Source of the DNA: a virus
Taxonomy: Duplodnaviria > Caudoviricetes
IMG/VR virus record: IMGVR_UViG_3300025413_001239
Length of the DNA stretch: 64,000 nt
Strand: one strand, 5' to 3'
Every line of letters begins with the position of its first letter. Positions within the stretch are counted from its first letter, which is position 1. Positions 18,770 to 28,109 of the stretch are shown piece after piece. The position numbers and the translations under genes are program-made. Under the pieces are notes generated by a model that saw only the letters and a program-made list of their open reading frames with translations, did not search any database and was not told where the DNA came from.

Positions 18770-19398
18770 GGTGTTAATGACCCTAATTTGAAAGGTATAA
18801 ACAACTAACGCTTGCAATGCAGTTCAGGTAGTGTTGGTGTTAATGACCCTAATTTGAAAGGTATAAACAACAGTATTATATAATTGTTGTTGCATTTGAT
18901 GGTGTTAATGACCCTAATTTGAAAGGTATAAACAACAGAGGTGTTCTAGCTTGACTTCACTAATATGGTGTTAATGACCCTAATTTGAAAGGTATAAACA
19001 ACGGACTGGCATCGTTAATGGTTGCTGGTCACGGTGTTAATGACCCTAATTTGAAAGGTATAAACAACAAAACTTTAATAGACCACTCTTAGGGTCTAGG
19101 TGTTAATAACCCTAATTTGAAAGGTATAAACAACCATAATATTATTTTTAATTCACCGCAATGTGGTGTTAATGACCCTAATTTGAAAGGTATAAACAAC
19201 GGGTTGAGTTAACTGGTCTGTTATTGTCATGGTGTTAATGACCCTAATTTGAAAGGTATAAACAACGAAACTGAACGTTTACTAAAAGACAAAGAAGGTG
19301 TTAATGACCCTAATTTGAAAGGTATAAACAACGAGACTGAACATTTACTAAAAGACAAGGAAGGTGTTAATGACCCTAATTTGAAAGGTATAAACAAC
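18770..19398 (+). CRISPR. CRISPR array, 10 repeats of 36 nt, 9 spacers of 29-30 nt
   Basis: Repeat GGTGTTAATGACCCTAATTTGAAAGGTATAAACAAC at 18770, 18836, 18901, 18967, 19033, 19099 (one G>A), 19165, 19231, 19297, 19363. Confidence 0.98.
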
Positions 19399-19559
19399 TT
19401 CGTCACTCAGGTACGTATTTAATTTTTTTTAAAGTTTTTAGTGAAAAAACTTGACAATTCAAAATAAGTTTGTATATTTGCATTGTAATTAAAAAATTTT
19501 ACACTTTTTAAAAAAGTGACATATTTATAACAAAAGGGAAACCCATAAACAAAAAGATA

Positions 19560-19643
19560 ATGATAAACGTTAACAACATATTTAATTTTAATTTTGAAGC
19601 AGCTGAGGCAGATTTTAGCCATCAGAGGGTTGAGGTATTGTAG
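19560..19643 (+). promoter_or_regulatory. Putative 27-aa leader peptide ending in TAG
   Basis: MINVNNIFNFNFEAAEADFSHQRVEVL*; lies between promoters and a terminator preceding the tRNA cluster. Confidence 0.45.
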
Positions 19644-19673
19644 TTAACGAATCGAAAGAAACATATTAAACGA

Positions 19674-19703
19674 AAGCCCTTAACCAAAAGTTAAGGGTTT
19701 TTT
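19674..19703 (+). terminator. Intrinsic terminator upstream of tRNA cluster
   Basis: AAGCCCTTAAC-CAAAA-GTTAAGGGTTT plus T run. Confidence 0.75.
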
Positions 19704-19712
19704 ATTTATATT

Positions 19713-19783
19713 CGAGGTGTAGTTTAGTGGTAAAATGCCGCACTGTCTATGCGGTGTCACGATTTCGATTATCGTCATCTCGG
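19713..19783 (+). tRNA. tRNA-Asp(GUC)
   Basis: CGAGGTG/CATCTCG acceptor, CCGCA-CTGTCTA-TGCGG, ACGAT-TTCGATT-ATCGT, G73. Confidence 0.85.
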
Positions 19784-19785
19784 CA

Positions 19786-19870
19786 CGGAAAAAATTCCTA
19801 GGGATAGGAACTATCTTGATAAAGATAAGTACTGCACGAATCATAATAAGTTCGAATCTTAATTTTCCGC
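19786..19870 (+). pseudogene. Degenerate tRNA-like element (6-nt loop TGATAA, long variable region)
   Basis: CGGAAAA/TTTTCCG, TTCC/GGAA D stem, TATCT/AGATA stem, TAAG-TTCGAAT-CTTA T arm. Confidence 0.5.
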
Positions 19871-19910
19871 AACGGAGAATCACAACTCTAAAAAAAATGT
19901 GAAACTGGAG

Positions 19911-19983
19911 GGGGGGTCATGTACCAAGGCTGGCGAGAAATACTTGCAATATTTCTGGAAGATTTCAATTATCTTACTCTCCA
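19911..19983 (+). tRNA. tRNA-Ala(UGC), atypical D arm
   Basis: Loop CT-TGC-AA in AAATA/TATTT stem; G3.U70 and A73 alanine identity elements; AAGAT-TTCAATT-ATCTT T arm. Confidence 0.7.
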
Positions 19984-20046
19984 CAGGTGTCACTGATATA
20001 CTGACCGAGCATGGGGATTAGTAATAATCCCTAGTATATCTAATAA

Positions 20047-20121
20047 GGTGCCGTAGCTGAGATGGTTTAGCGGTTGGTTGAAGCCCAGCGACTTACAAGG
20101 GTTCGATTCCCTTCGGTACCA
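20047..20121 (+). tRNA. tRNA-Phe(GAA)
   Basis: GGTGCCG/CGGTACC, GTTGG-TTGAAGC-CCAGC, AAGGG-TTCGATT-CCCTT. Confidence 0.85.
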
Positions 20122-20178
20122 GATAGTCAATGTTAATCCACCTGCACGTTGGTGATTATCGCACACTAGGAATAGTGA

Positions 20179-20583
20179 CTAAGTGATTAACAAAGTTCTT
20201 TGATTTATGATATTAGCAATAATATCAAGAAATTTTTTAGATGTATTTATTTTGAATTTTTGTTGAAATGATGTATCAATAATACATAAATCAATTTTAT
20301 TTTCAATACATGATTTAAATTTATTCTGGTCATTTATTTGTGTCTGGTTTAATTTATTAATACCGAAAATCGGTTCATAATGAAATATTCCATTCAATTC
20401 AAATGCTAAATTAAGTGACGGAATGTAGATGTCTAATTCAGAACCGATTGCATCCTTCTTATTATAGTCTATTTGTAGATTAGGGTAAAGAATTGTTAAT
20501 TGTTCTTCAAGATATATTTCGAGTTTAGAGCGTCTTGTGCCAGTTGTTTTATGTTTATTATAATTGTGAGTAAATTGAATAAA
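20179..20583 (-). pseudogene. N-terminally truncated PD-(D/E)xK (Vsr-like) homing endonuclease
   Basis: RSKLE..ELDIYIPSLNLAFELNGIFHY; no ATG between tRNA-Glu and the conserved part. Confidence 0.6.
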
Positions 20584-20586
20584 AAT

Positions 20587-20672
20587 GCTATGGTCGACTA
20601 GTGGCTCAGGTCGCATCCCTTTCAAGGATGTGGGGAGAAATCCCCTCACGGGTTCGAATCCCGTCCATAGTA
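20587..20672 (+). tRNA. tRNA-Glu(UUC) with long variable arm
   Basis: GCTATGG/CCATAGT, CATCC-CTTTCAA-GGATG, extra GGGGA-GAAA-TCCCC stem, ACGGG-TTCGAAT-CCCGT. Confidence 0.85.
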
Positions 20673-20994
20673 CAAATGTTTTAGTTATGATTAAGCGAAC
20701 AATTAGTGGTAGTTTTACTAATATGGTAAAACCTGACCCAAGTGTTATGAAAGATAGTGATTTTGATTTGTTATCGTTCTGATAGAACACTGGTTGTATT
20801 CACAATATGTAAGAGCGCATATACCAATTGCTGCTTTATGGGACAGAAAAGTTGAGGGGAAAGTTCGATTCTTTCGAAGGACACATTATTAACAAGTTAA
20901 AAAAAATGAGCGCAATGAAACAGCTGGACGCAATGTCACCAATCAGATAAGAGAAGAAAGAAAGGTTCTGATTGGTACGAGACAAACACGAAAA

Positions 20995-21387
20995 TTGAAG
21001 AAATATTCTGATAACTTCAATACAATTTTTACTTTCTTTCTAAAGTCTTATAGGAGTGGTATATTAACATTTAGTGGTGTTGATGTTCCTGTTCATTATG
21101 ACATAAATGGTCCTGAGGGTAAATTCACATTCCGAAAATTTGAGAATGGTGATTACGTTAAGGACATTATTACTTCATGTCACCCAAATATTATTAAGGG
21201 TGTAATAATTGCAAAAAAAAGTTGGGGGTTACACATAAAATTATGGAGCGAAGGTATTGCTGATTGGTGCTTTACCGAAGAAGAAATCCTGAAGCAATTC
21301 AGCGATAAGGGTATTCTTATTCCTGAACCTCTTTTAAACGACTTCAAGAATCACGTAAATAAGGCTAAACAAAAAAGATATGAATAA
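20995..21387 (+). CDS. Hypothetical protein (start uncertain)
   Basis: ORF track; TTG start. Confidence 0.55.
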   Translation: MKKYSDNFNTIFTFFLKSYRSGILTFSGVDVPVHYDINGPEGKFTFRKFENGDYVKDIITSCHPNIIKGVIIAKKSWGLHIKLWSEGIADWCFTEEEILKQFSDKGILIPEPLLNDFKNHVNKAKQKRYE

Positions 21388-21438
21388 TATTTGGTAATAT
21401 CAAATAAAATCGTATATTTGCACTCTAAATTATAACAC

Positions 21439-21684
21439 ATGAAATTAATACACATTGTTGAAACGATTGATGAAAAAGTATCATCAATATTGTCTTTTCC
21501 TGTTAAGGATGAATCAAAAGAAAAAGAAGTTGAAGAAGAAGTAAACGCTAAGTTTATTGAACTTATCAATCAATTTCAGTACCCAGCAACACTATCAGAG
21601 GATAGTGAAAAGCACTGGATACAACAAAAAATCTATCATCATAAAAATCATCTTCGTTTAGAAATCTCTTCATCACAAATATAA
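21439..21684 (+). CDS. Hypothetical protein
   Basis: ORF after promoter. Confidence 0.6.
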   Translation: MKLIHIVETIDEKVSSILSFPVKDESKEKEVEEEVNAKFIELINQFQYPATLSEDSEKHWIQQKIYHHKNHLRLEISSSQI

Positions 21685-21694
21685 ATTATAAAAT

Positions 21695-22258
21695 ATGATA
21701 CATACAATTGCCCATTTATTAGGTATTAAACTTGAAGGTTCTGAGTGTTCCGCCGAGATTGAAAAGAAAGTTGTTGAACAACTGGAGAAAGTTCCTTACA
21801 TTCAATACCCGACAGCTTTCCATACGGTAGACATCATTGCTACTCGTCAAGGTGAATCTGGTTTTGAATTGCTATTAGGTCGTAAACACAAATCCACTGA
21901 ATGGGTTTTCATTGGTGGTTTTGTTGAACCAAAACAAACAGCTGAAAGTGCTGCCTTGCGTGAATTACACGAAAAAACTAATATCCTTATCGAGAATGAA
22001 TCAAGACTGGTTTATTTAGGTTCTCATTTCATTGATGATGCAAGATACAAGGATTCTTGTCATAAGATTTCAACCAGCCTATTTACAATTCAATTAACCG
22101 ATGAAGAAGCTGCGCAAGCTAAAGGTGGTGACGATATTTCAGAAACCAAATGGCTTAAATTGGGTGAAATTGAAGTTAACTTAAAAGAACATCATAGAGT
22201 TTTGCTTTATAAGTTTTTAATTAGTACTTCAAAATGGCATCATTCACATAATCTTTAA
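21695..22258 (+). CDS. Nudix hydrolase (NadM-associated ADP-ribose pyrophosphatase-like)
   Basis: YPTAFHTVD, GGFVEPKQTAESAALRELHEKT Nudix box, GGDD..W. Confidence 0.8.
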   Translation: MIHTIAHLLGIKLEGSECSAEIEKKVVEQLEKVPYIQYPTAFHTVDIIATRQGESGFELLLGRKHKSTEWVFIGGFVEPKQTAESAALRELHEKTNILIENESRLVYLGSHFIDDARYKDSCHKISTSLFTIQLTDEEAAQAKGGDDISETKWLKLGEIEVNLKEHHRVLLYKFLISTSKWHHSHNL

Positions 22259-22316
22259 AAAAAAGATTTGTTAGTTCCAAATTAATTCGTATATTTGTAT
22301 TCTAAAAAAAAAAATT

Positions 22317-22832
22317 ATGAACCCTGTTTGGCATTCTGAGTCATCCGTTAGACACTTTGGTGGAAAATTAGAGGATTATTTAAAAATTCATGAAAAAATG
22401 GATTGTCATAAAGCATATGTTTCTGATAATCGTGCGAGAGTACTTACACATACAATGTTTTGGGTTATCGAAGTTATGATACCAATATTTGGTTCGTATA
22501 TAACCCTTGAAAGTGGTAGAAAAGTCTCTGTAAAGGATATATGTGAGCGACACATCCTAGAGGACTTTAAGATGAAATTTATCCCAACGCCACAAGATTT
22601 CATCCAAGAAATGGACTTCAAGTCTTGGATGCAAAATGGTAACGGTGTTTGTCCATCGGCTGCAAAGCTTTATAAGGAATTAGTTCCAGAAGAAATTAAA
22701 TCTGAGGAAGTTAAGCCTGAGAAACCTGAGATTAGAGTAGGTCGGCCATTTAGACCACTTCCAATGATTTTGGATGGTACTAAGCGTAATCGTGGTGGTC
22801 GTAGTGGTTATGAAAGTAAAATTTTAGATTAA
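22317..22832 (+). CDS. DUF6915-like protein (paralog of 59317)
   Basis: MNPVWHSESSVRHFGGKLEDYLKIH..HILEDF..FIPTPQD. Confidence 0.65.
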   Translation: MNPVWHSESSVRHFGGKLEDYLKIHEKMDCHKAYVSDNRARVLTHTMFWVIEVMIPIFGSYITLESGRKVSVKDICERHILEDFKMKFIPTPQDFIQEMDFKSWMQNGNGVCPSAAKLYKELVPEEIKSEEVKPEKPEIRVGRPFRPLPMILDGTKRNRGGRSGYESKILD

Positions 22833-22833
22833 T

Positions 22834-23142
22834 ATGACAATAAAAGAAAGATTCTCACCAGAGAACACGGAAGCCAAGCTCAGGGCTAAAATTGAGAAAA
22901 AATTCGGCAAAGAACACAATATCAAAACGGCTATCTTCAAGGCTGTTAGTGAGTACAATGACGAATACGATAACTACAACCCAATTCTTATCTTAATTGA
23001 TAAGGACTTTAATGAGGTTGACCATAACATTCAAGTTTTGGATTTATGTCCCGATATGGAAGACCAAGGTATTTTCGATGAAGAAAATAATTACGATTCA
23101 TGGGAAACGTTATCAGTTGAGGATTTAACCATTAAATTTTAA
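22834..23142 (+). CDS. Acidic hypothetical protein
   Basis: Coupled to upstream gene. Confidence 0.55.
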   Translation: MTIKERFSPENTEAKLRAKIEKKFGKEHNIKTAIFKAVSEYNDEYDNYNPILILIDKDFNEVDHNIQVLDLCPDMEDQGIFDEENNYDSWETLSVEDLTIKF

Positions 23143-23922
23143 TAAACATTTAACTCCATTTACTTTTTTTGTGTTTATTGTATATTTATAGTACATCAAT
23201 TTACAATGGATGAATTAGTTAAAAAATTTATAGGGGATAAATATAGGACTACTATTGACTTTGTATCTGTTATAGAATACCCAACATTAATTAATTATTC
23301 AAATTGGTAATTATGACCCCCACCTCTATCTACACCTTCATCGCAAAGCGTGACGGGATACCAACTAGCGAGGCACTGATGCAAATGCAATTAGACCGCT
23401 ATAAAAGATTAATAAAACACCCCCGTAGTGATAAGCATAAGACTTATTTAAGAGAGGGTATTTATAACACAAAAAAAGCATTAGGAAATGTCTAACATGA
23501 AACATTGTATGTTCGAAAATACATACGCAGACTTGAAAGATAGTCTTGAAAAAATGGACAATAACCACTACGATGATTTGTCAGAAACAGAACAAAAGTA
23601 TTTTAAGTTATTGGTGAAACTTTGTACTAACATAAGCGAAGGTTATCAAGAGCAAGTTAATAAACTTTTAAAACAAAAGAAATGACAAAAGAACAAATTG
23701 AGCAAGTAATACAAGACACGTTTACTCAGTTTAAGGGTAGTGATAGGGGTGCTAGGGTTCTAGCTTGTAGGCAAATATTCGAAACTTACTACACCCCACT
23801 AGAGGCAAGCCATAGGGACTTGGTGGAAGTGTTGGAAGGTATTAAAGATGCGCTTTCAACAATAGGAGTATCAGTTCCACCTACTACGCAATCAGTATTA
23901 TCTAACGCTAAAAAGTTAATCA

Positions 23923-24131
23923 ATGAATAACGGCGATGAAGTAGAAATATTAAAAGGACAATTTAAAGGTGTTATCGGGAAGATAATTAATGATGATATG
24001 TTTATATGTTTATATGTTCTTGTTGTGGACAGAAACCTTTATCAGCGCAAATAGAAATAAATTCAGAAACTCAAATATTCGTATGGAATAGATATTTGGA
24101 TATTAAAAAATTAATCAATGAAACAGAATAA
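23923..24131 (+). pseudogene. KOW-like small gene frameshifted by an 8-nt tandem duplication
   Basis: ATGTTTAT at 23998 and 24006; removing one copy gives an intact 66-aa ORF. Confidence 0.6.
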
Positions 24132-25556
24132 AGAAACCCCCACAATCGCTGAAATGAGCGAAGTAGTGGCGAAATATATGGGATGGGAAAAGAAGAAAAT
24201 AAGTAGACAACAATATGTTTGGGAGTTAAATGATTTCTTTCAGTGTTATGTTGGTGAAGAAAACTTTGATAAAGATTGGAACAGGCTTCACGAAGTTTGG
24301 GAGAAGGTGAGGGAAGAACCACAAGAATTATGGGACGGTGGTAGAATACAAAGTTCTATATTATGGGAAACTCCCCTCGAAACCCTCACAGCCCTATACA
24401 ACTGCATAATATTTATTAATCAATTAAAACAACAAGCAAATGGAAAACATTCTAACATTTAAAGATGATGTCACTTTTAATAGTGAACAAGTTTATTCAG
24501 TATGCCTTAGAGGTGCGAGACTGTATGACAAAAATAAACCTATGGTTATCTGGACTAAAGATAATTATAAGTTAGTTGATACACCTATTAGAATTGACCC
24601 CACTTGCACAGCTACAATAGTTTCACAAAATCATTACAAGTTTGATGATTTACGAGATACTGATTACATAGATAATTATAATATTTCAGCACGATTTTTT
24701 GATGGTTTATTAATAGCTATGGAAAATATTTATAAGGATTTTTCACCTAGAGAGATAGTAACTATTTTAAGATTTAAAATTAACTAATAATGCAAACAAA
24801 GACATTTAGTGTGAAGGATGGTACACTTAGACTAGAGAACAACAATATTAATCTTCATTTTGACGGGAAAGATAAAACCACATTACCGTTAGCAAGCACA
24901 GATAGAAGTAAAATTGATTTACCTTTATATATCCTCCCCTCCACCCTTATCCGCAAGCCAAAGACTGATGAGGAATTGGCAGGGGAAAAGTATCCATATT
25001 TACCTTTTCAGATAGGGATTAATCCAAAGGACAGTAAACCTATTATTGGCGATTACCATTTAGAACATAGGCAACATTTCCTCCATGGTCTTAAGGCTAG
25101 AGGTGGTGAGTTTCATTTGACAAGGGAGCAAGTTAATGAAATTTATAGAATGGGTTTTGATGATAGGCATATTGATTTTAGTAACTTTATCTCCTCACTC
25201 ACTCTCCCTATCTACCCTCACACAATCACAGTAGAACACGATGAAGAAAAATATTTATGGGAAACTTTAATACCTAGTTATGAATAACACACCACACACC
25301 CAACTTCCCGAAAACTTGATAGTAATTGATAGGGAATTATTGGAGAATGAAATAGAACGTACAAAAAGCGGTATTTATGATGCACACTTGGTATTAAAGT
25401 CTATTAGGGATAAGTCCTACCCTCTCACACCGATATTGGAGGATGCTTGGAGTAAAAGCTATCAGCGTTCTTTAGAAAATACTACATCTACAACTTGCCA
25501 ACAACACGATTTGGAAGAATATTCTTCACAACCAATAACACTTAAAAAGAAATAGT

Positions 25557-25892
25557 ATGACAAACTTAAATCTTACTCTTAAAGGTAAATGGTTCGATAT
25601 GATATTATCGGGCGAAAAGAAAGAAGAGTATAGGGAGGTTAAGGATTATTGGGAAACTAGATTAATAGTACCACACGAATCAGAAGATGGCGAATTTGAG
25701 CCACACTTTGTATTATTCAAAGAATTTAACACTATCACCTTCACTCATGGATATGCTAAAAACGCCCGTAAAATGATAGTAGAGTGTAAAGGTATTGATA
25801 TAGGTTCTGCACGTCCCGAATGGTCGGATAATTGGCAAGTAGATGTATTTATAATAAAACTTGGCAATATCATTAAAACTGAAAATATATGA
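25557..25892 (+). CDS. ASCH-domain protein
   Basis: L.LKGKWFDMILSGEKKEEYRE..YWETRL..ITFTHGY. Confidence 0.8.
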   Translation: MTNLNLTLKGKWFDMILSGEKKEEYREVKDYWETRLIVPHESEDGEFEPHFVLFKEFNTITFTHGYAKNARKMIVECKGIDIGSARPEWSDNWQVDVFIIKLGNIIKTENI

Positions 25893-27008
25893 GCAACTTA
25901 AATTTAATGGTAGGGGATTGGGTGATATTCAATACTAATAGTAACCCTATAAAAGTTACGGTTGATACATTGATAGATATTGAAAAGTATAAATATGTAG
26001 AAAATAAACCTTATGATTATGTTGGCATCTTCCTTTCGCCAGAAGTGATGGAGAAGATTGAAAATATATCTAAAAATGAAAATAGAGGTAGTAGATACGG
26101 TTTTTTAGATGGATACTATAACATAGATAGAGATACTGATTTAGTTGCTATTTTTGAAGATGATGGTTTATTATACATTTATACTTACGAATATTCACAC
26201 GAGCAATTTCAATTAGTTTGTACTTTCCAATACCTCCACCAACTCCAGCAACTAATACGATTATTCACAGGTAAAGAAATAGAAGTAAAATGGGAAAAGT
26301 AAGAAATTCTGATATAAGGCAATTTAATGCTTTAAAACAATGGTTAAGATATAGAGTAGACTTAAAGGCACATCTATCTATGTCACGCCTCAAACGAGTA
26401 GTGAAGGGTAGGCATTGGCGAAAGAATAGAAGGACTAAAATTTACAATCATTTTAAAGATTATTATAAATGTTACGCATGGAACAAACAATCGAACAACA
26501 AGCAGAAACGATAGTAGATAAGTATAAAAACTTATTAAAGACATCGGATTTACAAACTTGCTACACGGGAGATTTAGAAGATGAAACAAAGGTAACTGCC
26601 ATCCAATGCGCTATCACAGAAGTAAAGGCGTGTATAGAAACGGCGAATGATAGTATTGCATTTAAACAAACTAAACGTGATAGGCTTAATGATATTTTAG
26701 TACACTTAAAACAAATGTAAAATGTATATAGAACTAACAAAAAGCGGTAATAAACATTTTCTATCTGTTATGGCAGATACTCCTATTGGTGACTTAGAAG
26801 CCACTTGCTTATTTCATGAAGAAATAAACGAGAGTAAGTATAGGGGTGTTTTGAACTTATCTAATGTTATTGACAAAGAAAGTTTTATATTAAAATCACA
26901 AGAGTTCGGAAATGGCAATATCGAAATTGGTTGTTTTAAGGACAATATACCCTTATTTGATGATTTCGAAGGGTTCAAAAAATACTTTGTAAACAAATTT
27001 CATAAGTA

Positions 27009-27533
27009 ATGAGTAGTCTATTAAAAGATAAAAGAGCGATAGGTGTAATCATCGCTAGAATGCAGGTTCCGTATTTAACGGAATCACATAAGGCCACTAT
27101 TCAAACAGTATTTGATAGGCACACAAGGGTTGTAATTTTTTTAGGGGTTAACAATGACGGAATGACTGAAAAGAATCCGTTTCCCTTTGATTTCAGAAAG
27201 GAAATGATTAAACAAACGTTTCCTGATAACGACTTCAATATCATACCGCTACCAGATAATCCAGATAGTAATGCTGCTTGGGTTAAGCAATTAGATACGT
27301 TTACTCGTGCGTTTTTAACGCTTGATGAAACTGCGGTATTGTATGGTGGTCGTGATAGCTTTATCCCTTGGTATAAACTGGATAATGGTATCTATGATTG
27401 TGTTGAGTTGGCACCTAATGATTACGATTCTGGTACCGATTTAAGACTATTAGAGTCTATCAAATTACCTAAGTACACACGAGAATCAGCACAAGCTATT
27501 CTTTGGGCTATCAGAGTATCTAGCAAACGCTAG
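27009..27533 (+). CDS. NadM-like nucleotidyltransferase domain protein
   Basis: GVIIARMQVPYLTESH, VIFLG, NPFPFDFRKEMI, LYGGRDSF, SGTDLR. Confidence 0.7.
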   Translation: MSSLLKDKRAIGVIIARMQVPYLTESHKATIQTVFDRHTRVVIFLGVNNDGMTEKNPFPFDFRKEMIKQTFPDNDFNIIPLPDNPDSNAAWVKQLDTFTRAFLTLDETAVLYGGRDSFIPWYKLDNGIYDCVELAPNDYDSGTDLRLLESIKLPKYTRESAQAILWAIRVSSKR

Positions 27534-27581
27534 TTCATGGTAATTACCATTGGGTGAACTCCAACACACGCATACAACGAC

Positions 27582-28109
27582 TTAAGCAATAAACTTAAAT
27601 GAATTAACACGATTTAGCCATCCCTTAAGGAATTTACCTTGTGCTGGGTGGTGTGCAACGATGTCATTATAATACTTGGTCCTAGATGCTTTGATTTTAT
27701 CAAATAATTCGCTTTGATTAGCCTTATTGATAGCTTCAACACTTTTAGGTCCAAATACACCATCAGCAGTTATACCAAGGCATTGTTGCGTTTTGATAGC
27801 AGCAGTACCCACACCACAGTTATAAGCAAAATCTACAATCATTTCTGTAATTGATTGGTTAGTAATTGAATCCCCACGAAGTCTATCCCAGTAATGTGCC
27901 TTAGCGATGCTCATAGCATCTTCAGCTGTAATAAGTTTAAGGTCATCAACATCAATGTCACCATCACCGTCTTTATCATAACCCTTAGCTTTCCATTCGG
28001 AAAGAATCACACCATACTTAGTCTCTTTTCCATTGTCGCCAGGTACACATTCGAATGAACTTCCCTCAAATTGTACTAATTTAGGAAAATATTTTTTAAA
28101 ATCACTCAT
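27582..28109 (-). CDS. Endolysin, glycosyl hydrolase 108 with peptidoglycan-binding tail
   Basis: EG..D.G..TKYG, DFAYNCG, ADGVFGPKS, FLKGWLNR. Confidence 0.9.
   Translation of the reverse strand: MSDFKKYFPKLVQFEGSSFECVPGDNGKETKYGVILSEWKAKGYDKDGDGDIDVDDLKLITAEDAMSIAKAHYWDRLRGDSITNQSITEMIVDFAYNCGVGTAAIKTQQCLGITADGVFGPKSVEAINKANQSELFDKIKASRTKYYNDIVAHHPAQGKFLKGWLNRVNSFKFIA

Larger units (their letters stand above)
23304..27009 (+). other. Run of ~13 small overlapping hypothetical phage genes (23304, 23488, 23682, 24118, 24440, 24790, 25280, 25557, 25889, 26290, 26469, 26722 and others)
   Basis: Tightly packed co-directional ORFs with stop/start overlaps. Confidence 0.7.

Noticed and set aside
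18770-19398. Self-targeting spacers
   Set aside because: No match noticed by eye in this window; not exhaustive, needs a BLAST against the full genome.
19990-20190. Hairpins at ~19990-20036 and ~20124-20180 as riboswitches
   Set aside because: Stems are visible but match no family I can name; may be tRNA-spacer processing structures.
20800-20885. Additional tRNA suggested by GAAAG-TTCGATT-CTTTC
   Set aside because: T-arm-like only; no consistent acceptor or anticodon stem could be built.
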